A DNA stretch of 46,691 nt from an uncultured Clostridia bacterium (GTDB lineage Bacteria; Bacillota; Clostridia; Lachnospirales; CAG-274). The first letter of the stretch is position 1. Each line of letters begins with the position of its first letter. Positions 1 through 8,255 of this stretch are shown here, piece by piece. The notes under the pieces were generated by a model that was given only the letters and a program-made list of their open reading frames with translations, ran no database searches and was not told the DNA's origin. The position numbers and the translations under genes are program-made. Location: contig CANROO010000001.1 in the NCBI GenBank assembly GCA_947632235.1, forward strand, positions 1 through 46,691, given 5' to 3'.

Positions 1-310
1 CGTTATCCTCTCGTTTTGGGGACAGTCCCTGTTCAGGGACAGTCCCCGCTCGTTGGGTTATGCAGAGGCTCACTCATAGGAAGCAGTCCCCATTTGTTGG
101 CTTCGTTGCGGTTGCCTCACGGTAACTCCGGTGCGGGGACTGTCCCGAGATCATTGTTGTTTGTTTTTTGTTTGGGCGGTTTTATTGCTGAAAACAGTCA
201 ATAAGGCTTGTATCCGCCGGGACTGTCCCCATTCCCTATGGTCTTTACGTTTCGGGGACTGTCCCCATTCCCTATGGTCTTTACGTTTCGGGGACTGCTT
301 CCCGTTTACC
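1..310. repeat. Intergenic array of the palindrome GGGAC(A/T)GTCCC, cut by the window edge, containing an exact 36-bp head-to-tail repeat
   Basis: Full sites at 19-29, 36-46, 136-146, 219-229 and 255-265; degenerate copies at 84-91 and 290-303. The unit gggactgtccccattccctatggtctttacgtttcg is identical at 219-254 and 255-290, with a partial third copy. Positions 131-231 match 16578-16678 with 6 mismatches in 101 nt (hand alignment). Confidence 0.85.
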
Positions 311-311
311 G

Positions 312-340
312 TTGACATAATTCTTATATTATGTTAAAAT
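312..340 (+). promoter_or_regulatory. Putative sigma-A type promoter of the 376-1314 cassette
   Basis: TTGACA (312-317), 17-nt spacer, TAAAAT (335-340). It lies directly downstream of the palindrome array and about 35 nt upstream of the first strong SD. Confidence 0.45.
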
Positions 341-416
341 TAAAGAACGATAAAGGAGTAATAAAGGAGGATAAAATGGCATATTATATAGTTGTACTCA
401 AAGGAGGAACTATAAA

Positions 417-686
417 ATGTGTTCATCGGACAGCAAAGAGGGAGATAAAATGGCAGCAATTGAATCAATACTAAATTATGAATTGTTGGACAAGGGAGTA
501 TATATTAAGGAGCAAAACAAATATATCAAAAAACTTAAAGAGATAAAAAAAGCTGTGCAAACAGGAAATGCAGACCATACAGAGGTTGAGATAATAAAGC
601 AAAACCTCAAAAAAGCAGGTATTCTCGATTCAAAGGGTGAAATATCGGAGATATATAGAAAAGACGAGGACTTAACAAATGAATAG
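417..686 (+). CDS. Small Lys/Glu-rich hypothetical protein (89 aa; alternative start at 450 gives 78 aa), translationally coupled to the next ORF
   Basis: AAAGGAGGA lies 9 nt upstream of the ATG at 417. The stop overlaps the next start (ATGAATAG, 679-686). G+C is low. I recognise no family. Confidence 0.55.
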   Translation: MCSSDSKEGDKMAAIESILNYELLDKGVYIKEQNKYIKKLKEIKKAVQTGNADHTEVEIIKQNLKKAGILDSKGEISEIYRKDEDLTNE

Positions 687-1314
687 CTTGGATAGGGCTG
701 ACTTTATGTATTCAAATACGCCTAATTTTGTTATAGGTTTTCACGGCTGTGATAAAAGTGTTTCCGAAAAAATTATACATGGCAAAACAGGGTTGAAGAA
801 AAGCGAAAATGAATATGACTGGCTTGGACATGGTATGTATTTTTGGGAGCAGAACTTGGAAAGAGCTCGTGAATGGGCAAAGGAAGGAGCAAAAAATCCG
901 AATAACAGTATTAAGGAGCCTGCCGTTATAGGTGCGGTAATAGACTTAGGATTTTGTTTAAATCTACTTGACAGCAACAATATCAAAATACTTAAAAATC
1001 AGTATGAGATTTTTGAGTTGGAAATGGATATTGCAGGCAAAAAAATAAAGCAAAACCGTGATGTAAAGGGAAACAGCGATTTACTTCTGCGTTTTTTGGA
1101 TTGCGCTGTGATAGAACATCTACATCAGCACAGAAAGACAAATAATCAAATACCGTTTGATACGGTCAGAGGAGTCTTTCTGGAAGGAGAACCAATTTAT
1201 GAGACTTCGGGTTTCAGAGAAAAATCGCATATACAAATATGCGTGAGAAATCCCAACTGCATAAAAGGTTTTTTTGAACCTAGGGATTTTGATAAAAGAT
1301 ATCCCATTGTGTAA
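679..1314 (+). CDS. DUF3990-like protein (putative ADP-ribosyltransferase-like fold), function unknown
   Basis: 211-aa ORF with ordered motifs IGFHGC (H22), DWLGHGMYFWE..AREWA (Y54), LDCAVIEHLH, FDTVRGV and SHIQICVRN (Q186). These resemble, from memory, the PF13151 pattern LYHGS / DFGxGFYLT..QAxxWA / NQxCFxT. The gene is followed by a strong hairpin terminator. Confidence 0.6.
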   Translation: MNSLDRADFMYSNTPNFVIGFHGCDKSVSEKIIHGKTGLKKSENEYDWLGHGMYFWEQNLERAREWAKEGAKNPNNSIKEPAVIGAVIDLGFCLNLLDSNNIKILKNQYEIFELEMDIAGKKIKQNRDVKGNSDLLLRFLDCAVIEHLHQHRKTNNQIPFDTVRGVFLEGEPIYETSGFREKSHIQICVRNPNCIKGFFEPRDFDKRYPIV

Positions 1315-1335
1315 AATTACATATATAAAAAAATT

Positions 1336-1366
1336 CCCCTCAATCAGACAATGCTTGATTGAGGGG
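1336..1366. terminator. Bidirectional intrinsic terminator between the convergent 679-1314 ORF and trpA
   Basis: The stem cccctcaatca / tgattgagggg is flanked by an A-run upstream and a T-rich tract downstream. Confidence 0.7.
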
Positions 1367-1381
1367 TAATTTATTTTGTTT

Positions 1382-2152
1382 CTATCTCAGTCCGCTCACA
1401 AACTCCTTCACCTTATCCACATCGCAGTCGGTCTCGGCTATTTTTCTTATTATGGCGGAGCCTATGATACAGCCGTCGGCGAACTCATCGAATTTATCCA
1501 CATCGGCCTTGCAGGATATGCCGAAGCCTATGCAGGCAGGGGTGTCCGTGTTTTTCTTCACTTCCCTCACAAAGCCCTCCACTCTGGAGTCAAATTCCTT
1601 TCTCTCGCCCGTAACGCCCATGGACGAAACACAGTAGACAAAGCCCTTGGCGTCCTTCACAAGCATGGGTATCCTATCGCCCGATGTAAGGCCCACAAGG
1701 GGTATCATGTATATGCTTGTCTTGTCCACAAGGGGCTTGAACTCGTCATATTCCTCATAGGGAAGGTCGGGTATTATAAGTCCGTCTATGTCGGCTCTTA
1801 TGCAGTTTTCAAGAAATCTCTCTCTGCCGTAGCCGAGTATGGAACTGTAATATACCATTATGCAAAGCGGTATGTGGCTTTTTTTTCTGACATTTTCTAT
1901 TATTTTGAAGGTGTCGTCTATCCTGTAGCCTCCCTTGAACGCTCTCAGGCCTGCCGCCTGAATGACGGGACCGTCGGCAAGGGGATCCGAAAAGGGTATG
2001 CCGAGCTCTATTATGTCCGCGCCTGCCTCCTCGAGGGCGTATACGAGCCTTTCCGTATTTTCAACGGAGGGATCGCCCGAGCAGATGTAGGGGATGAGCG
2101 CCTTTCTGCCCTCCGCCTTTATTTCATTGAACCTTTTGTCTATCCTGTTCAT
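1382..2152 (-). CDS. trpA: Tryptophan synthase alpha chain
   Basis: Motifs ALIPYICSGDP and GADIIELGIPFSDPLADGPVIQ. I place the start at MNRIDKRF, 4 nt after the trpB stop; the longer ORF to 2227 overlaps trpB. Confidence 0.9.
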   Translation of the reverse strand: MNRIDKRFNEIKAEGRKALIPYICSGDPSVENTERLVYALEEAGADIIELGIPFSDPLADGPVIQAAGLRAFKGGYRIDDTFKIIENVRKKSHIPLCIMVYYSSILGYGRERFLENCIRADIDGLIIPDLPYEEYDEFKPLVDKTSIYMIPLVGLTSGDRIPMLVKDAKGFVYCVSSMGVTGERKEFDSRVEGFVREVKKNTDTPACIGFGISCKADVDKFDEFADGCIIGSAIIRKIAETDCDVDKVKEFVSGLR

Positions 2153-2156
2153 AAGA

Positions 2157-3341
2157 TCATATCTCCTTTCCAAGATACTTAGCAACGGTGTGTACGTCCT
2201 TGTCGCCTCTGCCCGAAAGGCAGACAACTATAATGTCGTTCTTATCCATAGAAGGAGCGTCCTGCATTGCCTTGGCAAGAGCGTGAGCGCTTTCTATGGC
2301 AGGCATTATGCCCTCCAGCCTGCAGAGCGCCTTGAATGCCTCTATGGACTCATCGTCCGTTATTGAGGTGTATTCCACCCTGCCTATGTCGTGCAGATAG
2401 GCGTGCTCGGGACCTACGCCCGGATAGTCCAGACCTGCGCTTATGGAATAAGCCGTCTTTATCTGTCCGTCCTCGTCCTGAAGGAGATAGGTCTTCATGC
2501 CGTGCAGTACGCCCACCTTTGAATTGGGTGAAAATGCCGCCGCATGCTCGCCCGTTTCAAGTCCGTGGCCTGCCGCCTCTACGCCTATGAGCTTAACTCC
2601 CTCATCGCCTACGAAGGGATAGAACATACCTATGGAGTTGGAGCCGCCGCCCACGCAGGCGTAGACCTTGTCGGGCAGTCTGCCCTCGGCCTCCAGCATC
2701 TGTCTGCGTGTCTCCTCGCCTATTATCTTCTGAAATTCTCTGACCATTGTGGGGTAGGGGTGAGGTCCCACGGCAGAGCCTATGATGTAGAATGTGTCCT
2801 CGGCTCTTGCCACCCATGTTCTTATGGCCTCGTTTGTAGCGTCCTTAAGGGTACCCGTTCCGCTTGAAACAGGCACTACCCTTGCGCCCAGAAGCTCCAT
2901 TCTGAAAACATTGAGCTTCTGCCTCTCTATGTCCTCAACGCCCATGTATACCTCGCAGTCCATGCCGAAAAGCGCCGCAACAGTAGCCGTGGCAACGCCG
3001 TGCTGACCTGCGCCCGTTTCCGCTATGACCTTTGTCTTGCCCATTTTTTTGGCAAGCAGAGCCTGTGCGAGGGCGTTATTTATCTTGTGCGCGCCCGTGT
3101 GGTTGAGGTCCTCCCTCTTTAAATATATCTTGGCTCCGCCCAGCTCCTCCGTGAGCCTTTCGGCAAAGTAAAGTGATGAGGGTCTGCCCACATACTGCTT
3201 CATGTAGTACATGTAGTCGTTTTTAAATTCATCGGTGGAGCAGTATTCTTCAAACTCCTTTTCAAGCACCTTCAAAACGCTCATAAGAGTTTCCGGCACA
3301 AACTGACCGCCGTAGATTCCGAAGTCCTTTTTAATTTCCAT
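2157..3341 (-). CDS. trpB: Tryptophan synthase beta chain
   Basis: 394 aa with [17 protein letters not shown] (PLP lysine region) and [10 protein letters not shown]. Confidence 0.95.
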   Translation of the reverse strand: MEIKKDFGIYGGQFVPETLMSVLKVLEKEFEEYCSTDEFKNDYMYYMKQYVGRPSSLYFAERLTEELGGAKIYLKREDLNHTGAHKINNALAQALLAKKMGKTKVIAETGAGQHGVATATVAALFGMDCEVYMGVEDIERQKLNVFRMELLGARVVPVSSGTGTLKDATNEAIRTWVARAEDTFYIIGSAVGPHPYPTMVREFQKIIGEETRRQMLEAEGRLPDKVYACVGGGSNSIGMFYPFVGDEGVKLIGVEAAGHGLETGEHAAAFSPNSKVGVLHGMKTYLLQDEDGQIKTAYSISAGLDYPGVGPEHAYLHDIGRVEYTSITDDESIEAFKALCRLEGIMPAIESAHALAKAMQDAPSMDKNDIIVVCLSGRGDKDVHTVAKYLGKEI

Positions 3342-3957
3342 AGTTCTCTCCCTTTCTTACAGTGTGTATCAACTGCTTTATTTTTTCATAGCTTTTATAA
3401 CCGTTCTCCTCCACCGAGGAGCTTAAGTCCACCACATCGGGCTTGACTATGCCGTATGCCCTAAGTATGTTTTCGTGGCTTATACCGCCTGCAAGCACAG
3501 TGAAATATTTTTTGCTGAAGCTCTCCGCCGTCTGCCAGTCGAAGGTTCTGCCCGTACCGCCGTATTTATTTCCGCTGTCGGAATCCAGCACGAAGCCGTC
3601 GGCATTTGTATAGCTCTCCGCCCTTTCAAGCGCGGAAGCGTCCTTCATGACTATCGCCTTCCACACCGGCAGGCTTATTTTTCCGCAGTCAAGGTTGCTC
3701 TCGTCCGAATGGAGCTGGCAGATGTCAAGCTCGGCTCTTTTGGCAAGGTCTGTTATCTCGTCAATGCTGTGCTCGGCAAATACGCCCACGGTCTTTATGT
3801 CGGGTCTAAGGCGTTTTTTTATTTCAAGCACCCTCTCGGGCGTCATGTTGCGCCTGCTCCCTTCAAAGAATACAAAGCCTGCGTATTTTATTTCTTCAAA
3901 TTCGTTTATATAGTCCGCGTCCTCGGGTCTTTGCAGACCGCATATCTTAATATTCAT
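3331..3957 (-). CDS. trpF: Phosphoribosylanthranilate isomerase
   Basis: 208 aa, starts [14 protein letters not shown], contains GGTGRTFDW. It sits between trpC and trpB and overlaps both neighbours. Confidence 0.85.
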   Translation of the reverse strand: MNIKICGLQRPEDADYINEFEEIKYAGFVFFEGSRRNMTPERVLEIKKRLRPDIKTVGVFAEHSIDEITDLAKRAELDICQLHSDESNLDCGKISLPVWKAIVMKDASALERAESYTNADGFVLDSDSGNKYGGTGRTFDWQTAESFSKKYFTVLAGGISHENILRAYGIVKPDVVDLSSSVEENGYKSYEKIKQLIHTVRKGENYGN

Positions 3958-4723
3958 ATGCTTCTCTGAACTCCCTTGCTTTTTGGCGTATATCGGGGCA
4001 TCTCATGAAGCTTTCGCCCACCAGTATGCCGTCTATATCCGCCTGTCTGAGTATTTTTACATCCTCGGCGGTGTGTATGGAGCTTTCGCTCAGCACGACC
4101 TTGTCCTTGGGTATTTTCTCCCTCAGTCTTACGGTCGTGTATATGTCCTCGCTGAAGTCGAGCAGATTGCGGTTGTTTATGCCTATTATGTCCGCTCCTG
4201 CCCCGAGGGCTGTTTCTATCTCCGCCTCATTATGCGTTTCAACAAGAGGCTCAAGGCCTACGCCCCTTGCGATGTCTATATATTCCCTGAGCCTTAACGC
4301 GCTCTCAAAAAGCGCCGTTATAAGGAGCACGGAGGACGCGCCCAGCTCCCTTGCCTCAAATATCTGCATTGTGCTTATAACAAAGTCCTTCCTCAGAAGC
4401 GGAAGGGATATGCTCTTGTGTATATCGCTCAGATATTCGGGCCTGCCCATGAAGAATTTTTCCTCCGTGAGCACTGAGATTGCATCCACGGCGCCCTCAT
4501 ATTCCCCGGCTATGGCAACGGGGTCAAAGTCGGGGCGTATAAGTCCTCTTGAGGGCGAAGCCTTTTTTACCTCGCCTATTATGGAAAGACCCTTCTTTTT
4601 CATTGCGCCCCTGAAATCGGCAACGGGGCTTTCCATGGCTTTGCAAAGCCTCTTTACATCAAAGCTGTAGCCGTGCTTTTCAAGATATTTTTTCTTCTCG
4701 GCCGTTATGTCGTCAAGTATCAT
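3947..4723 (-). CDS. trpC: Indole-3-glycerol phosphate synthase
   Basis: Motifs IIGEVKKASPSRGLIR, LRKDF, and VETHNEAE ... IIGINNRNL. I place the start at MILDDI, 1 nt after the trpG stop (TGATATG). Confidence 0.9.
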   Translation of the reverse strand: MILDDITAEKKKYLEKHGYSFDVKRLCKAMESPVADFRGAMKKKGLSIIGEVKKASPSRGLIRPDFDPVAIAGEYEGAVDAISVLTEEKFFMGRPEYLSDIHKSISLPLLRKDFVISTMQIFEARELGASSVLLITALFESALRLREYIDIARGVGLEPLVETHNEAEIETALGAGADIIGINNRNLLDFSEDIYTTVRLREKIPKDKVVLSESSIHTAEDVKILRQADIDGILVGESFMRCPDIRQKAREFREAYEY

Positions 4724-4724
4724 A

Positions 4725-5291
4725 TCACAGCTTTCCTTTCGCAAAGTTTTCAATTATCCTCATGCCCTCGGGGGTATTTATGCTCTCGGGGTGGAACTGA
4801 AGACCTATAACATCATAGTCCTTATGCTTTATTGCCATTATCTCGCCGTCCGAAACAGCCAGCACCTCCAGGCAGGGCGGAAGAGTTTTTTCCTGTACGG
4901 AGAGCGAGTGATACCTCGCCACCTGCATGGGGCTTGATATGCCCTCGAATATTCCCCTGCCGTCATGCTCCATGAAGGAATACTTGCCGTGGCAGAGCTC
5001 CCTTGCGTTTGTCACCACTCCGCCGTAGGCCACGGCTATGGACTGATGACCGAGGCATACGCCCAAAAGCGGTATTTTTCCGCCGACCGTTTTTATTATC
5101 TCGATACAGTTGCCTGCCTCCTCGGGGGTCTTGGGTCCCGGAGATATTACAACTCTGTCGGGCGACATTTCAAGTATCTCTTTGCCCGTTATGCTGTCGT
5201 TTCTGTATACCCTTATGTCGCTGTCAAATTCGCCGAGGTACTGATAGAGATTATAAGTGAAGCTGTCGTAATTGTCAACCAGAACTATCAT
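4725..5291 (-). CDS. trpG: Anthranilate synthase component II (glutamine amidotransferase only, 188 aa)
   Basis: Motifs MIVLVDNYDSFTYNL, GVCLGHQ and LQFHPES. The start overlaps the trpE stop (TAATG). No fused TrpD domain. Confidence 0.9.
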   Translation of the reverse strand: MIVLVDNYDSFTYNLYQYLGEFDSDIRVYRNDSITGKEILEMSPDRVVISPGPKTPEEAGNCIEIIKTVGGKIPLLGVCLGHQSIAVAYGGVVTNARELCHGKYSFMEHDGRGIFEGISSPMQVARYHSLSVQEKTLPPCLEVLAVSDGEIMAIKHKDYDVIGLQFHPESINTPEGMRIIENFAKGKL

Positions 5292-6673
5292 TATACCTCA
5301 CCTCCTATTGTCTTGACAAGCGCCCTGACCTTGTTGTGGCTCTCCTCGTACTCCATCTCGGGCACGGAATCGGCAACTATGCCTGCGCCTGCCTGCATAT
5401 AGACCTTTTTGTCCTTTATTATCATCGTCCTTATGGCAATACAGGTGTCCATATTGCCGTTGAAGTCAAAATAGCCCACGGCTCCGCCGTAAAGTCCTCT
5501 TTTTTCCTCCTCGAGCTCTTCTATTATCTCCATGGCCCTTATCTTGGGCGCGCCCGAAAGCGTGCCTGCCGGGAGGAAGGTAGAAAGCACATCGAAGCTG
5601 TCCTTATCCGCCTTTTTGGTGCCCTCCACAAGCGACACAAGGTGCATGACATGTGAGTAATAGTGTACCTGCATAAACTCGTCCAGATGTACACTGCCTA
5701 TCTCGGCTATGCGTCCCATGTCGTTGCGTGCAAGGTCAACGAGCATTGTGTGCTCCGCCCTCTCCTTGGGGTCGTCCAGAAGTCCCTTGGCTATCTCTAT
5801 GTCCTCATTCGGCGTTCTGCCTCTCTTTCTTGTGCCTGCTATGGGACAGGTGCGCACCTTGTCGCCCTTTACCTCTACGAGCATTTCGGGCGAGGAGCCT
5901 GCCACATGGTATGTGCCGAAGTTAAAATAGAAGAGATAGGGCGAGGGATTTATTGCCCTGAGCCTTCTGTATAGGTCTATGGGCTTGTCGTCCGTCTCGG
6001 CTGTGAGCCTCTGCGAGAGCACCACCTGGAAAATATCGCCGTCATATATGTATTTCTTGGCCTTTTCAACTATGCCCTCGTATTTTTCCTTGGTCATGTT
6101 AGATGTGAACCTTATGGGCGAGGGCTCCTTTATCTCATAGCGCTCATGAGGAACGGAGGACATTACCTCTTTTTCCATCCTGTCTAGCACGGGCTCTGCG
6201 TCAGCATCGTTTTCAGCAAGAGCGACTATTTTAATTCTGTCGTGAAGGTGATCGTAAATTATAAATTCGTCAAAAGCCATAAAGTGTACCGTAGGCGTAT
6301 CGACTATTTCGGGATTTTCATCGGGAAGCTTTTCGTACTGCCTTATTATGTCATAGCCCATGGCTCCCATGAGTCCGCCGGTGAAGGGCAGATCGTGCTC
6401 ATCCGTCACATCGAAGCTTTTTAAAAAGTCCCTCACATTGTCCAGAAGCCTTCCTTTGAGCTCCGTTTTTTTGCCTCTTTCTTCTATTATAAGGCTGTCG
6501 TTTCCGCTGAGCACCGCCATGGGGTTCTTGCCCATTATGGAAAAGTTGGTCTTGCCCTCGCCGCGGCTCTCCAAAAGGAAGCCGAGCTCGTCTCCGACAT
6601 ACTTGTAAAAAATAGTTATGGGGGTCTCGGTGTCGCCCGAAAATTCCCGTACAAAGGTTTTCAGTTTTTTCAT
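5291..6673 (-). CDS. trpE: Anthranilate synthase component I
   Basis: Motifs LLESR, PSPYLFY, GAPKIRAMEII and GIVADS. I place the start at MKKLKTF (AAAGGAGA upstream; alternative 6682). The ORF extension to 6844 runs through the leader RNA. Confidence 0.9.
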   Translation of the reverse strand: MKKLKTFVREFSGDTETPITIFYKYVGDELGFLLESRGEGKTNFSIMGKNPMAVLSGNDSLIIEERGKKTELKGRLLDNVRDFLKSFDVTDEHDLPFTGGLMGAMGYDIIRQYEKLPDENPEIVDTPTVHFMAFDEFIIYDHLHDRIKIVALAENDADAEPVLDRMEKEVMSSVPHERYEIKEPSPIRFTSNMTKEKYEGIVEKAKKYIYDGDIFQVVLSQRLTAETDDKPIDLYRRLRAINPSPYLFYFNFGTYHVAGSSPEMLVEVKGDKVRTCPIAGTRKRGRTPNEDIEIAKGLLDDPKERAEHTMLVDLARNDMGRIAEIGSVHLDEFMQVHYYSHVMHLVSLVEGTKKADKDSFDVLSTFLPAGTLSGAPKIRAMEIIEELEEEKRGLYGGAVGYFDFNGNMDTCIAIRTMIIKDKKVYMQAGAGIVADSVPEMEYEESHNKVRALVKTIGGEV

Positions 6674-6735
6674 TTTTTTCATTCTCCTTTTCAATGACTT
6701 ATTTAATTTCAAGCGGTCGAAGTATGAAACGAGGT

Positions 6736-6950
6736 CAAAAAAAGACCTTGCCCGAGTTGGACAAGGTCGAAAATACGCCTTAATAAAGCCACCAATCCCG
6801 TATACCTGCATATACTGTCCCTGTAACGGGAGAACCCGCTGCAAGCTAATGAGCGAAAACGCCGTTCGCCGCAGGTCTCATAAGTCCATTCGTCTGAAAC
6901 CTCAGCACTGACTTGCACCTACCGTCAGCTCTCTGCAGCCTTGGTCAAAG
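6736..6950 (-). promoter_or_regulatory. T-box leader, probable Trp specifier, with terminator/antiterminator
   Basis: On the minus strand: AGAGAG box (6929-6934), GGUGCAA distal-loop motif, GAAUGGA with UGG at 6886-6888, and F-box CCGUUA. A T-box-like GGGAUUGGUGGC contains UGGC. A 10-bp stem GACCUUGUCC/GGGCAAGGUC (6744-6768) is followed by a U7 run. The T-box core deviates from the canonical GGGUGGUACCGCG. Confidence 0.65.
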
Positions 6951-6992
6951 ATTACTACTCTTAATCATCGACATTCATTTGAAATTAAACAT

Positions 6993-7021
6993 AGTATATC
7001 ACAATAATTTAGCTTTGTAAA
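6993..7021 (-). promoter_or_regulatory. Putative promoter of the trp operon leader
   Basis: Minus strand TTTACA (7016-7021), 17-nt spacer, TATACT (6993-6998). Confidence 0.4.
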
Positions 7022-7041
7022 GTCCTTTTTTTATTTTTTTA

Positions 7042-8061
7042 TTATCTTTTAACATTGCCTATGTCCGTCACTATTTCATAGCCTGCATTTTTTACGCGGT
7101 TTTCAAGACAGCTCCTGCACTGCGCCGATTCATCGCCCGTGCATATCTTGTTGTCGTAGAGCGAATATAGCTTCCTGACGCCCACGGGCGAAAGATTGGG
7201 CATTACCACATTTGCGCCTGCCTTGAGCCCCATTTCCCTGCCCATGGGGTGTATTGTGCCCAGAGCCGTTGTGGATGGCAGGAGCGCCCACGGGAAAACA
7301 AGGCGCAGTATGGAAATGAGCCTTAATGTAAGCTCCAAGCTGCCGCTTTCGTAGTCTGCAAAGGGCGTGTCGTTGTGCCTTATGAAGGGGCCTATGCCTA
7401 TCATATCGGGCTCCAGCTCCATCAGAAAGCGGATGTCCGACACAAGGTTCCGAGTTGTCTGGAAGGGCGAGCCCACCATAAAGCCCGAGCCTACCTGATA
7501 GCCTATTTCTTTGAGATCGAAAAGGCATCTCTTCCTGTTTTCAAGGCTCATTTCGGCAGGGTGGAGCTTGGAATAATGCGCATTATCCGCAGTTTCGTGC
7601 CTTAAAAGATAGCGATTTGCTCCCGCCTTATAAAACGCCTCGTAGCTTTCCCTGCTCTTTTCGCCTATGGACAGAGTTATGGCGCAGTCCTCATATTTAC
7701 GGCGAATGGCGGAAATAATATCACACATGAGCTCATCGCCGAAATACGGGTCCTCTCCGCCCTGGAGCACAAAGGTGCGAAAGCCCAGCCTATAGCCCTC
7801 CTCACAGCAGAGAAGTATCTCCTCCTTATTGAGGCGGTAACGCTTAAGCCTTTCGTTTCCGCGCCTTATACCGCAGTAATAGCAGTTGTTTCTGCAGCAG
7901 TTAGTAAATTCTATGAGGCCTCTTATGTACACGGCTCCGCCGTATATACTCCGCCTTATTTCGTCCGCGCGCTCTCTTAAGCCCTCGCAGCCGTTTTCTA
8001 TCACGCAGGCGAGCTCGCTGTCCGTGAATGTTCTGTTTTCAAGCTTTTTTATGATGTCCAT
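7042..8061 (-). CDS. hydE: [FeFe]-hydrogenase maturase HydE (radical SAM)
   Basis: Close by-eye match along the whole length to Thermotoga HydE: IEFTNCCRNNCYYCGIRRGN (CX3CX2C), VLQGGEDPYF, YLLRHETA, GIGPFI and ANVVMPN. The ORF could start at 8082; MDIIKKLENRTF aligns with the HydE N-terminus. Confidence 0.8.
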   Translation of the reverse strand: MDIIKKLENRTFTDSELACVIENGCEGLRERADEIRRSIYGGAVYIRGLIEFTNCCRNNCYYCGIRRGNERLKRYRLNKEEILLCCEEGYRLGFRTFVLQGGEDPYFGDELMCDIISAIRRKYEDCAITLSIGEKSRESYEAFYKAGANRYLLRHETADNAHYSKLHPAEMSLENRKRCLFDLKEIGYQVGSGFMVGSPFQTTRNLVSDIRFLMELEPDMIGIGPFIRHNDTPFADYESGSLELTLRLISILRLVFPWALLPSTTALGTIHPMGREMGLKAGANVVMPNLSPVGVRKLYSLYDNKICTGDESAQCRSCLENRVKNAGYEIVTDIGNVKR

Positions 8062-8184
8062 TGCTTTTGTCCTTCTAATCATACCTGATTAATATGATTA
8101 TAAATAACAGAGCGCCGGAAGTCAAGCAAAAAACACCTTTTTTACCCCAAAATAATTGTACATCGAATTTTAACAATTTTATGC

Positions 8185-8213
8185 TTGCATTATAATGCAA
8201 AATGTGGTATAGT
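8185..8213 (+). promoter_or_regulatory. Putative promoter of the ACT-hom-aspartokinase operon
   Basis: TTGCAT (8185-8190), 17-nt spacer, TATAGT (8208-8213). Confidence 0.4.
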
Positions 8214-8255
8214 TCTCTCTATGGGAAACAATTGTACATAGAGGGTGAACATAAA

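Noticed and set aside
219-303. 36-bp direct repeats, considered as a possible CRISPR array
   Set aside because: The units abut head-to-tail with no spacers. There are only 2.3 copies, and no cas genes or leader are present. It is a tandem repeat of the palindrome family.
16-337. ORFs of 62 and 68 aa (16-204, 131-337), and the analogous ORFs 16340-16576, 16398-16691, 16598-16849, 11252-11485, 11298-11480, 30864-31100 and 30907-31098
   Set aside because: They lie wholly within nucleotide-level repeats and palindromes and have no SD. Their shared peptide strings (for example VRIYLCGAM and RGLSR..CCLFF.WAVLL) simply reflect the DNA repeat. They also overlap on both strands.
1376-2182. 268-aa plus-strand ORF, and similar long shadow ORFs (3475-3969, 4005-4670, 9979-10584, 10624-11136, 20662-21390, 22470-23195, 23271-23933, 24224-24760, 28310-28900, 29412-30128, 29887-30555, 35066-35578, 43939-44439)
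   Set aside because: Each is antisense to or out of frame with a gene carrying strong family motifs. The translations are compositionally odd (Tyr/His/Cys/Arg-rich) and lack SD sequences.
6674-6844. N-terminal extension of the trpE ORF (517-aa version)
   Set aside because: The extension overlies the T-box terminator and leader and has no RBS. The AAAGGAGA-led MKKLKTF start gives a normal-length TrpE.
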